From a virus (taxonomy: Duplodnaviria > Caudoviricetes): a stretch of DNA of 49,231 nt. Position 1 is the first letter of the stretch; every line of letters starts with the position of its first letter. The notes under the pieces are model-generated. The model saw only the letters and a program-made list of their open reading frames with translations. It was not told the DNA's origin and did not search any database. The position numbers and the translations under genes are program-made. Shown piece by piece: positions 35,507-44,164 of the stretch. The DNA is taken from the IMG/VR virus record IMGVR_UViG_3300031949_000058, positions 1 through 49,231 of that record. One strand, 5' to 3'.

Positions 35507-36420
35507 CGATCGACGGCCGGATCATCAACGACGACACCCCAGCGTACGTCATCGCGGAGCTCGGGCACAACCATGGCGGTTCGGTCGCGACAGCCAAACG
35601 GTTGATCGGGGCGGCCGCGCGCGCCGGCGCGGACGCGGTGAAATTCCAGAAACGCGACAACGTCACGCTCTACAGCGCCGCGCTGCTCGAGCAGCCCTAC
35701 GACAACGAACACAGCTTTGGCCCAACCTACGGCGCGCACCGGGCGGCGCTGGAGTTTGACGCGGACCAGTTCGCGGCCTGTCAGGCCACCGCGCAGGCGT
35801 GCGGGGTCACGTGTTTCGCCACGGCGTTCGATGAACCGTCTGCTGACTTCGTGCTGGCGCGGCACATGCCAGCGATCAAGATTGCGTCGGGCGGGTTGAC
35901 GGATCTGGCCTTGCTCGACCACGTGGCGCGGTTGGGCGTGCCGATCGTGCTCTCCACTGGAGGCGGTACCTGGGACGACGTGGATACCGCCGTGAACCTG
36001 CTACGCAGCCACAAGGCGTCGTTCGCGCTCCTGCACTGCACGGCGGCCTATCCGGTGATGCAGTGGTCGGAGCTGAATCTGTTGACGATCGTGGAGATGC
36101 GCGCGCGCTACCCGGACGTGGTGATTGGGTGGTCGGGGCACGACAGCGGGATCGCGATGGCGCTGGTCGCGTATGCGTACGGGGCGCGGATCATCGAGAA
36201 GCACTTTACGCTGAATCGGGCGATGAAGGGGACCGACCACGCCTTTTCTCTGGAGCCGGCGGGGCTGACGAAGCTGTGTCGGGACTTGCAGCGGGCGCAC
36301 GACGCGAAAGGCGACGGCGTCAAGCGGTGGTATGAGAGCGAGCGCGCGCCGATTGCGAAGATGCGGCGCGTGCAGACCGACTACGGCCTGCGGATTACTG
36401 GGGAGTATCGGTACAAGTGA
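35494..36420 (+). CDS. neuB: N-acetylneuraminate (nonulosonate) synthase
   Basis: IAELGHNHGG, ADAVKFQKR, KIAS, LSTG, LHC..YP, GWSGH, IEKHFTL..GTDH. Confidence 0.95.
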   Translation: MRAVTIDGRIINDDTPAYVIAELGHNHGGSVATAKRLIGAAARAGADAVKFQKRDNVTLYSAALLEQPYDNEHSFGPTYGAHRAALEFDADQFAACQATAQACGVTCFATAFDEPSADFVLARHMPAIKIASGGLTDLALLDHVARLGVPIVLSTGGGTWDDVDTAVNLLRSHKASFALLHCTAAYPVMQWSELNLLTIVEMRARYPDVVIGWSGHDSGIAMALVAYAYGARIIEKHFTLNRAMKGTDHAFSLEPAGLTKLCRDLQRAHDAKGDGVKRWYESERAPIAKMRRVQTDYGLRITGEYRYK

Positions 36421-36421
36421 T

Positions 36422-36571
36422 AGGCTCTCTGGCCGGGCTTGATACCGGCTATCCCACCGCCGTCGAACCACTACGGGCGGGCAGTGTCAGCTTTGCGCAC
36501 CAGGAATGCCTTTCGTTGCTTGGCGTCCACGGTACTGTTTCCCGTGTGTCCTTCCACACCGCAGAGAGCCT
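36422..36571 (+). ncRNA. Putative structured RNA (element B)
   Basis: 10-bp terminal inverted repeat AGGCTCTCTG/CAGAGAGCCT plus internal hairpins; closing stem shared with element A. Confidence 0.5.
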
Positions 36572-36577
36572 GATTCA

Positions 36578-37345
36578 ATGATAGCACTGATTCCGGCGCG
36601 CGGCGGGTCAACACGCGTCCCTCGGAAAAACGTGAGGGTGCTTGCCGGGCATCCCTTGATCGCGTACACCATCGCGGCGGCGAAGGCGAGCGGGGTGTTT
36701 GAACAGATCGTGGTCTGCACGGACCATAATCCTGTGTGCATCATCGCGACTGAGATGGGTGTCGCGTTCCTGTCGCGGCAGCCCGCCGAGGACGCGCAGC
36801 CGGACATTGTCTGGGTGGCGCAGGCGCTCGAGCGGTATCGACAGCAGGCGTTCGCGATTCTGCGCCCGACCTCGCCCTTCCGTACGGCGGCGACGATTCA
36901 GCGGGCGTATGAGCAATTCCAGCGCTCGGAAGTGCATTCGATCCGCGCGGTGCAACCGGTTCGGGAGCATCCCGGCAAGATGTGGCAGTGGGCCGGACCT
37001 GGCTATCCGATGGTCCCGCTGATTGATCAGCAGTGGCCGGCTCAAGGCCCGGGCTTTGGGAACGTCTCGCGCAGTCAGCCGCCGTGGCATTCGCGCCCGA
37101 CGCAATCACTGCCACAGGTCTACATCCAAAACTCATCGCTGGAAATGGCGTGGAGCTATGTGGTTCCCGCATTCGGCACGATCAGCGGGACCAAAATCGC
37201 GCCCTTCTTCACCGAGGGCTACGAAGGATTCTCGATTGACTACCCCGACGACTGGGACGAAGCCGAAGCCCTCGCCGCCGCCCACCCCGATGCGCTTCCG
37301 CGGGTGGACGTGGCCGCTTTATCGGTCACTCCTGCAGCACAGTAG
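36578..37345 (+). CDS. neuA: CMP-nonulosonate synthetase (acylneuraminate cytidylyltransferase), 255 aa
   Basis: IPARGGSTRVPRKN, LRPTSPFR and IDYPDD motifs. Confidence 0.93.
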   Translation: MIALIPARGGSTRVPRKNVRVLAGHPLIAYTIAAAKASGVFEQIVVCTDHNPVCIIATEMGVAFLSRQPAEDAQPDIVWVAQALERYRQQAFAILRPTSPFRTAATIQRAYEQFQRSEVHSIRAVQPVREHPGKMWQWAGPGYPMVPLIDQQWPAQGPGFGNVSRSQPPWHSRPTQSLPQVYIQNSSLEMAWSYVVPAFGTISGTKIAPFFTEGYEGFSIDYPDDWDEAEALAAAHPDALPRVDVAALSVTPAAQ

Positions 37346-38324
37346 GTGCCCGATCCTCATCGGCCCGTTTCGCGGCGAAGTGGGCTTCGAGGTCATGTAT
37401 TGGCTCCCGTGGTTGGCAGCCGTACGCGCGAAGTTGCAGCTCGCGCCGGAGCGGTTGATTCCGATTACGCGGGGCGGGGCTGGCGCGTGGTATCAGACCC
37501 CAACCGCGATCGAACTCTACGCGATGCGAACGCCGCAGGACGTGCGGATCCAGAATCGGCTCCAGACGTTTACCTCGCAGATGCAGAAGCAGATGGTCGT
37601 GACCGACTGGGATCGGGCCGTGCTGCAGGACGCCGCCGAGACCTTGAAATGCGGACGCTACTTGACGTTGCATCCGGCGTGGATGTATCAGGCGTGTGCG
37701 CCATTTTGGCTCGGCGAGCGCGGCTTGGAATGGTTCCTGACACGGACACAGTTTCAGCAGCCGATGCCGGCGCCGGCAACCGATCTACCACTCCCGTCGC
37801 CGTTTGTGGCGGTGGGCTTTTATCATCGCGGGACGTTTCCGGCGAACGAGGTCACGGCGACGGTGGCAAAGACGACGATTGCGCAGTTGGCGACGCAATC
37901 CGATGTGGTACTCCTGACGAGCGGGTCACACCTGGACGATCACCACGCCTTCATCCCGAAGAAGCGCCCGTCGAATGTGGTGCTTCTGTCGGATCTGGTC
38001 CTGTTGACGCCGGAGAACAACCTGGCGGTGCAAAGCGCCGTGCTGAACAAGGCGATGGGCTTTGTCGGGACGTATGGCGGGTTGTCGCAGCTGGCGCTCC
38101 GGCTCGGGAAGCCCAGCGTGAGCTTTTTTCAGGATTGGGGCGGGACGTCGTACGCGCACAAACACCTCGCTGATTTCGTGTCGTTGGCGACGGGGATTCC
38201 GTACCTGGTGCAACGGGTGGCCGATGTGCCCCTGGCGCGGTCAGTGCTGCCGGCGATCGAGTTTCGGCCGGTGCAAAATAGTGCGCCGGCGGCTGGACAG
38301 GTGCCAGCGGCCGTGGTAGCGTGA
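37290..38324 (+). CDS. Putative GT-B glycosyltransferase with GT9-like C-terminus (start uncertain)
   Basis: GPFRGEVGFE..W and FVGTYGGLSQLALRLGKPSV; follows neuA. Confidence 0.55.
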   Translation: MRFRGWTWPLYRSLLQHSRCPILIGPFRGEVGFEVMYWLPWLAAVRAKLQLAPERLIPITRGGAGAWYQTPTAIELYAMRTPQDVRIQNRLQTFTSQMQKQMVVTDWDRAVLQDAAETLKCGRYLTLHPAWMYQACAPFWLGERGLEWFLTRTQFQQPMPAPATDLPLPSPFVAVGFYHRGTFPANEVTATVAKTTIAQLATQSDVVLLTSGSHLDDHHAFIPKKRPSNVVLLSDLVLLTPENNLAVQSAVLNKAMGFVGTYGGLSQLALRLGKPSVSFFQDWGGTSYAHKHLADFVSLATGIPYLVQRVADVPLARSVLPAIEFRPVQNSAPAAGQVPAAVVA

Positions 38325-38653
38325 TTCCGGTCACAGCTGCTCGCGACGGTGATTCCGTACGTGGTGCAATGGGTGATCAGCCGGCCGCCGCGGTGAATCG
38401 GGCGACTTGGACGCGCGCGTGTGGCTCCTGCATGCGCGCGTCGGCTTCCTCTTCAGGTGCACAGTGCCGCCGACTGCAACGGGCGTCGTATCCCGGCCGC
38501 CGCGGGTTCCACGGGCGTTGTCGGATCGTGAGCTGACGGGTTTCGGGTCAGCGGCTTACGGTCGGCATCTTTCCTGACCTCACCACTCATCACATTTCGT
38601 GTTCGCGTCGTGTGCCGGGTTTACTCGGCAGGCTACGCGGTGAGGTTTCCGCA
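38325..38653 (+). promoter_or_regulatory. Structured leader upstream of the capsid genes (element C)
   Basis: Hairpins at 38410-38442 and 38527-38560; 38577-84 pairs with 38639-46 over the GAGG RBS. Confidence 0.5.
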
Positions 38654-39211
38654 ATGGCGAATATCGCACTCAACTCGGGCGACTTCGTGCGCCCGCATCG
38701 GTCCCCCTGGGGCGCGTTTCCGATTCGCACGATGAAATGTTCGACGGGCACGTCGACCCAGGTCATTCGGGTCGGGCAGTTGGTGCAGTTGGACGCGGCC
38801 GGCTCCACGTCGTTCATGGACTGCATCATTCCGGTCGCGCAGTCGTCGAACTCGCTCAATCCGACGGCCGCGGCGGTGATCGGGTTCGCGGCCGAAACCC
38901 CGTCCACAGCCAATCTCAGCACGGCCATCGGCGCGCAGCCGGTGATTCCGGTCTGGGACGCCAACCCGAACGTCGAATTCCGGGCGCGGACGCGGTTCGG
39001 GCTGATCACGTCGTCGCTGGTGGGGCAGCCGTACGAGCTGCATCGCGAATCCACGCTCAACATCGATGTGATCAATCTGGCGGCGTCCTCGTTGGCGACG
39101 CCGGCCAAGCTGGTCATCATCACCGGCCTGATCGACAGTCCGGGTGATTCGGGCGGCGCGGTCTCCTTCAAGTTCAACACGTCCTCGGGATACCTGGCGT
39201 TCTATCGGTAA
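38654..39211 (+). CDS. Putative capsid decoration/cement protein, 185 aa
   Basis: Beta-rich ORF directly before the major capsid gene; GAGG RBS. Confidence 0.65.
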   Translation: MANIALNSGDFVRPHRSPWGAFPIRTMKCSTGTSTQVIRVGQLVQLDAAGSTSFMDCIIPVAQSSNSLNPTAAAVIGFAAETPSTANLSTAIGAQPVIPVWDANPNVEFRARTRFGLITSSLVGQPYELHRESTLNIDVINLAASSLATPAKLVIITGLIDSPGDSGGAVSFKFNTSSGYLAFYR

Positions 39212-39223
39212 GGGAGAACTGCA

Positions 39224-40141
39224 TTGGCTCAAACACGAGGCGTCTTTGACGCCCTCTATGACAACGTCGACAAGGACATCGCCGCGATCATGAAGTCGCA
39301 GCTCAAGGAGCTGCCGCGGATCTACACCGAGGTCTACAACGTGAAGTCCTCGGATCGGAAGTTCGAGCGCGTCGTGACCTACGTCCCGTTCGGGGACACG
39401 GTGGCGAAGGCGGAAGGCGACAACTACGCGGTTGACGAGATTCGTCAGGCGTACACCAAGGACTTCACGCACACCGAGAACGGGCTGGCGTTCGAAGTGA
39501 CCCAGACCGCGCTCGAGGATGACGTGGAGAACGTGCTGAACCGGGCCGGCGAATGGCTCGCCTTCTCGGCGCGGTACGTCGAGGAAGGCCGGGCGGCCAA
39601 TCCGTTCAACAACGGGTTCTCCTCGGAAACGACCCCGGATGGGGTGTCGTTGTTCAACACCGCGCACGTGCTCCGGAGCGGGGGCACCGCGAAAAACCGG
39701 CCGTCGACAGACGCGGATCTGTCGTCCCAGTCGCTCACGCAAGCCTTGATCGATCTCCAGACGGATCAGAAGGACGAAGCGGGGCATCTGGCGTCGCCGA
39801 TTCAGAACCTGAAGCTGTACATCCCGCCGGCGCTGGAATTCCTGGCGGATCGGTTGGTCAATTCGGTGGGTTTGCCTGGCAGCGCGGACAACGACAAAAA
39901 CCCGCTCAAGCGACGGACCTGGACGATCGTCGTCAATCCGCGTTTGACGGACAGCGATGCGTGGTTCCTCGTGGCGGGGAACAAGAACCAGCACATGTTG
40001 ACGTTCTACCGTCGCGTCCCGATTTCGCTCGAGCCGATGGACAAGGACATTCGCACCGGGAACCGGATCTTCAAGGTGCGCCATCGGTTTTCGGTCGGGG
40101 CGTGGGGCTGGACGGGCGTCTATGGATCGGCTGGCGCCTGA
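39224..40141 (+). CDS. Major capsid protein (HK97 fold, Mu gpT-like), 305 aa
   Basis: TTG start after AGGGAG; DGVSLFNTAH, LYIPPALE, VNPRLTDSDAWF, GVYGSAG. Confidence 0.85.
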   Translation: MAQTRGVFDALYDNVDKDIAAIMKSQLKELPRIYTEVYNVKSSDRKFERVVTYVPFGDTVAKAEGDNYAVDEIRQAYTKDFTHTENGLAFEVTQTALEDDVENVLNRAGEWLAFSARYVEEGRAANPFNNGFSSETTPDGVSLFNTAHVLRSGGTAKNRPSTDADLSSQSLTQALIDLQTDQKDEAGHLASPIQNLKLYIPPALEFLADRLVNSVGLPGSADNDKNPLKRRTWTIVVNPRLTDSDAWFLVAGNKNQHMLTFYRRVPISLEPMDKDIRTGNRIFKVRHRFSVGAWGWTGVYGSAGA

Positions 40142-40225
40142 AAGCGGCAACGGTCTTCGACGCACGGTGCTCGGTGCCGCCGGGTGCGCTGCCTCAGCGT
40201 GCCGTGCGTAGTTGTGAGGTGACAC

Positions 40226-40717
40226 ATGGGGAAGACAGCGTTCAATGGCCCCGTCTATGGGGCGAAGTCGTTGCTGTGGGTCGCTGGGCCAGCCGCCGCA
40301 GCGTCCACCAGTGCGTCGACGGTGGCGGCCTTTCTCCAGCCCGGATACGGCAAACGCACCGTTCCGCCGTACGAAGACTGGATCGTCACGGAAGCGTATC
40401 TGACGTGCTCGACAGCCTCGTCGGTGGCGGCTGCGCAGCAATGGAAGCTGAAGGTTGAAGGCGGCTCCACGACCGTGCCACGGTCGAATGGGCAAGCCTC
40501 GACCAATGCGGCGACGATCCTGACCATCGCGGGCGGTGGCAGCAGCAACGTGGAGGGGTTCGCCACGGCCACAGTGACGGCGGGGGAATACGAGGGCACG
40601 TGGTGCCCGGCCGGTAGTACGTTGCGGTGGTGCAGCAGCTACGCGGACATTCCGACGTCGCCGCAGATGAGCGTCCACGGCTACATCCGGTACATCGACT
40701 CAACCCGCGCCAGCTAA
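40226..40717 (+). CDS. S/T-rich structural protein, 163 aa
   Basis: GAGG RBS; MGKTAFNGPV N-terminus; follows the capsid gene. Confidence 0.65.
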   Translation: MGKTAFNGPVYGAKSLLWVAGPAAAASTSASTVAAFLQPGYGKRTVPPYEDWIVTEAYLTCSTASSVAAAQQWKLKVEGGSTTVPRSNGQASTNAATILTIAGGGSSNVEGFATATVTAGEYEGTWCPAGSTLRWCSSYADIPTSPQMSVHGYIRYIDSTRAS

Positions 40718-40729
40718 CGGAGGTTCAAT

Positions 40730-41110
40730 TTGGCTTGGAGGGACTGGGGGAACCCGCCGGTCTTTTCGACCACGGCGCAGCCGGTCAGTAATCCGTCGAC
40801 GGCCACGCTCTGCGCCGAGATCGATTCGACGCAGCTCGGCACGAAGGATCTCGCGGACGGGCAAAAGATCCTCGTGCTGACGACGTGGCTTGTGGGTGGA
40901 GACACGACGGCGACGTGGCAGCTTGAAGCGGCCAGTTCGACGGCGCTGAACGCGAGCACGCAGGCGATCTTTGTGAAATCGCCGCCGGGGCAGTCAGGGC
41001 AGTACATCACGGTCAACGAACTGTACAAGGACTACCGCCTGCGGGCGCGGGTCGCGTCGACCTTCACCGCGGCCGTGACGGCGTCGATCATCGCTGAGCG
41101 CATGACCTAA
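40730..41110 (+). CDS. S/T-rich structural protein, 126 aa
   Basis: GGAGG RBS with TTG start. Confidence 0.65.
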   Translation: MAWRDWGNPPVFSTTAQPVSNPSTATLCAEIDSTQLGTKDLADGQKILVLTTWLVGGDTTATWQLEAASSTALNASTQAIFVKSPPGQSGQYITVNELYKDYRLRARVASTFTAAVTASIIAERMT

Positions 41111-41115
41111 CGCCG

Positions 41116-41640
41116 ATGCCTGTCATCGGTGAACACCATACGCGGTACTGGGCGCTCTCCGACACGATTGCCCCGATGCCGCCTGGCCCGGGGAACCCAG
41201 GCTATCCGCTCTGGCAGAGCGGGCCGAACACGGTCATCCTCGGAGCACTGTTCGGCGGGATGGTCCCATGGTTCGAACGGCTCTGGGCGGCGCTGTGCTG
41301 GTGGGCGCGGTGGGGGCGCCGGCTGTATCGGCTCGACACGGAACAGCGGCTCGTGATGCAGCGCGTCGTCTGTGCCATGGAGATGCCGCACTATCGCGTG
41401 GCGCAAACGGCCGTGCGAGGGACGGCCACGACGCTCGGCTTCAACCGGCCGGAGGCGTGGATTCACTTGGGCCGGCATCTCAAGAGCAACCCGGCGCACG
41501 CGGAGAACACGTACCGCCATCTGGAAGCGTTTCGTCGGGTCAAAGACTCGATCCCTGCGATTGGGTCGACCCTGACCAATCCGGCGCTGCATTTGACCGT
41601 GGAGCTCGCCTATCAGGGCTTCGCGGCGAGGGGTAGGTAG
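41116..41640 (+). CDS. Hypothetical protein, 174 aa
   Basis: Fills the operon gap. Confidence 0.55.
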   Translation: MPVIGEHHTRYWALSDTIAPMPPGPGNPGYPLWQSGPNTVILGALFGGMVPWFERLWAALCWWARWGRRLYRLDTEQRLVMQRVVCAMEMPHYRVAQTAVRGTATTLGFNRPEAWIHLGRHLKSNPAHAENTYRHLEAFRRVKDSIPAIGSTLTNPALHLTVELAYQGFAARGR

Positions 41641-42804
41641 ATGGCGACGCTCGATTGGATCGCGGGGCAAGAGCCGTCGACGATCTCGTTCAAGGTCCGC
41701 ACGGTCACCCAGAATCAGAACTCGACCGTCATGCATCAGGAGGTGCTGACGATCGGAGGCACGGAATCGACGCTCGCGCTCGCGGCGGTCCTCGATAGCG
41801 CGCCGGCGTCGACGGCGTGGGCGGTGGCGGTACGGCAGGTGGCGCCGTCGACGGGGCCATTTGTCATCAGCTCGATCGTCGGCGTCGTGGCGACCACTGG
41901 CGATTCCACGGTGCTGCAAGGGACCAGCCCATGGGTGGTGTCGGGCGCATCCACCGTCGTGGTGGCGTCGGGCAACTCCAGCGTGATCGTGACGTCGGGC
42001 AATTCGTCGGTCATCATCACGAGCGGCAATTCGTCGGTCACGGTCAGCGCATTTGCGGCTGGCCTGCTCTCGACGGCCACGCCTGCGACGAACTCCAGCG
42101 GCGTGAACGTGTGGGCGGTCGGTGGTGTCCTGAGTTCGCTGGCTGGGATCGTCGCCGTACGCCCGTCCGATACGAACTGGGCGAGTTCCGCGGGCTTTCA
42201 TTTCAACAGTTCGGGCGAGTTGCAGACCGTGGTCGCAGTCACGACGTCGACCATCGTCACGGTCAGTACGGGGTCGGTGCGTGTGCATCAGAGCACCGCA
42301 GCTGACTTGCAGGCCACGGTGACACAAGCGTCGACCACGTGGGCTGTTCAGCTCACGAACTACTCGACGCAAGTTGCCATCACGGCGGGCGGCGTCTTGG
42401 AGTCGGGCACGTCGGCGCCGAGCACGGGCGCGCGCGGGTTGTTCACGCGGGAAGTGCTGCCGGGCTTGCAGTCGTTCGCGGCGTCCACGGCGTTCAACAA
42501 TTCCAGCGTGATCACGATCGCATCCTCGAATGCAGCGCAGCGGGCTTTTGTGTACGCCTATTCGATCATCAGCACGATCACAGCCTTTCAGCAAGTGGGG
42601 TTCTACAGCACGAATGCGGGCACGTCCTCGCTCGTCTGGAGTCTGGGCCTGCACGCGACGTCCAGCGCGATCAGCGGCGCGAACCTCGCCGTGACGCCGC
42701 CGGCGTACCTGTTCGCGTCCTCGACGGGCGCGGCCCTGACCGTGAACGTACCGACGACCAACGCCGGCATGACGGTGTCCGTAGCGTACTGGGTGAGCAC
42801 GTAG
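41641..42804 (+). CDS. Very S/T-rich fibre-like protein, 387 aa
   Basis: Three 9-aa repeats SGNSSVxxx; about 19 ST dipeptides by hand count. Confidence 0.7.
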   Translation: MATLDWIAGQEPSTISFKVRTVTQNQNSTVMHQEVLTIGGTESTLALAAVLDSAPASTAWAVAVRQVAPSTGPFVISSIVGVVATTGDSTVLQGTSPWVVSGASTVVVASGNSSVIVTSGNSSVIITSGNSSVTVSAFAAGLLSTATPATNSSGVNVWAVGGVLSSLAGIVAVRPSDTNWASSAGFHFNSSGELQTVVAVTTSTIVTVSTGSVRVHQSTAADLQATVTQASTTWAVQLTNYSTQVAITAGGVLESGTSAPSTGARGLFTREVLPGLQSFAASTAFNNSSVITIASSNAAQRAFVYAYSIISTITAFQQVGFYSTNAGTSSLVWSLGLHATSSAISGANLAVTPPAYLFASSTGAALTVNVPTTNAGMTVSVAYWVST

Positions 42805-42845
42805 ATGCTTGATGGCGGATCGCTCGCATTCGGTCGAAGGTAGGA

Positions 42846-43265
42846 ATGGACATGACACGATTGCTGTTCGTCGCGCTGTTCCTGCTCGCCGTCGCGCCCG
42901 GCGTCGCGCAGACAGTCATCAATCCGCGCTTTGTCGACTTCACCGCCTCGCCGGATCACAGCGCGACGAAGCTAGACGGGACCTTCGTCGTGACGCGCTA
43001 CGAGGCGGTGAGCATGCAGATGAACGGGACCGGGGCACTGGTGTGGACGCAGGATCTGGGCAAGCCGACGCCGAACGGCGCTGGACTCATCACCATGCCG
43101 TTACCGACCGTTCTGCCGATCACGCCGGAGACACTCTACACGATGCGAATCACCGTGCTTGGTCCAGACGGAAGTAGCGCGCCCTCGACCGTCTCCAACC
43201 CTTTTGGCGTTGCCGGGACAAGGCTCCCGGCCGGTGTCGGCAGCGTCGTATTACGAGCGTCGTAG
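42846..43265 (+). CDS. Signal-peptide protein with fibronectin-III-like beta sandwich
   Basis: MTRLLFVALFLLAVAPGVAQ; YTMRITVLGPDGSSAPS. Confidence 0.6.
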   Translation: MDMTRLLFVALFLLAVAPGVAQTVINPRFVDFTASPDHSATKLDGTFVVTRYEAVSMQMNGTGALVWTQDLGKPTPNGAGLITMPLPTVLPITPETLYTMRITVLGPDGSSAPSTVSNPFGVAGTRLPAGVGSVVLRAS

Positions 43266-43310
43266 GTGACGATGACCTGCATCTACTGCGCGCAGTAAAG
43301 GAATTAGCTT

Positions 43311-43925
43311 ATGAATCTCGGCGTAGTCACTTGTTTTCGAATCGCGATCATCGTCCTGCTGATGTTCATCGGGGTCGTGCGCACGACACAGGCGCAGACC
43401 ACCGCGCAACTCTTGGCCCTCAAGACGGCTATCGCCGTGAGCGCAGATCTCGTGCAGGCTGGTACGCCGGATTGCGGAGGCTTCGTGGGCGTCGCCGTCA
43501 ACGCGGTCCCAAACACCCCGGACGGGAATCAATGCCTGTCGCGGGTCTATGCGCTGGCTGCGAGCCCAGCCTTTACGGTATGGAAAACGAGCGTCACGAT
43601 CACACAGATTGGCGACAACATCGTCGCGACAGAGATCGCTGGGCTCTCCTCGCTCAATGCGACACGCTTGCAGACCATCGTCCAGCTATCCGGTGATGGC
43701 ATCAATCCGTCATTGGCGGATCGGCGCGCGTTCTTCGATGACATCTTCAGCGGGGCCGGCGGGGTCGGGACGAAAGCAAAGCTGTTAATCCTCTACAAAC
43801 GGCTGGCCAATCGATTCGAGCGGATCTACGCGACCGGGACGGGGAGCGATGCGGTACCAGCGACCCTGGTGCTGGAAGGGACCGTCTCTGCTTCAGTGAT
43901 CGACACGGCGCGGAACCTGCCGTGA
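43311..43925 (+). CDS. Tail-module protein with hydrophobic N-terminus, 204 aa
   Basis: AAGGA RBS; IAIIVLLMFIGVV..TQAQ. Confidence 0.6.
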   Translation: MNLGVVTCFRIAIIVLLMFIGVVRTTQAQTTAQLLALKTAIAVSADLVQAGTPDCGGFVGVAVNAVPNTPDGNQCLSRVYALAASPAFTVWKTSVTITQIGDNIVATEIAGLSSLNATRLQTIVQLSGDGINPSLADRRAFFDDIFSGAGGVGTKAKLLILYKRLANRFERIYATGTGSDAVPATLVLEGTVSASVIDTARNLP

Positions 43926-44164
43926 CGGGACCGACCTACACGATCCGAACGATGCGCGACTTCCTGCGGGTGCCCCGTGCGCGTCGGGTGCAGTGTCTGA
44001 CCGAGTTCCTCGGCTGGCTCGCGCACGTGGAAGTGGCGATGCTGCGGGATGCCCCATCGGACATCGGGCCGTTCATCTGGACCGACGACGGGCATGGCGG
44101 GATTCGCGTCGAGCCAGATGACCGACGGCCGAATGGACACCATGAAGAACTGAGGTTGCGGTGA
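43922..44164 (+). CDS. Hypothetical protein, 80 aa
   Basis: GTGA overlaps at both ends. Confidence 0.5.
   Translation: MTGPTYTIRTMRDFLRVPRARRVQCLTEFLGWLAHVEVAMLRDAPSDIGPFIWTDDGHGGIRVEPDDRRPNGHHEELRLR

Noticed and set aside
38187-38375. Template/variable repeat pair of a diversity-generating retroelement
   Set aside because: Only 33 nt, mismatches are not at adenines, and there is no reverse transcriptase.
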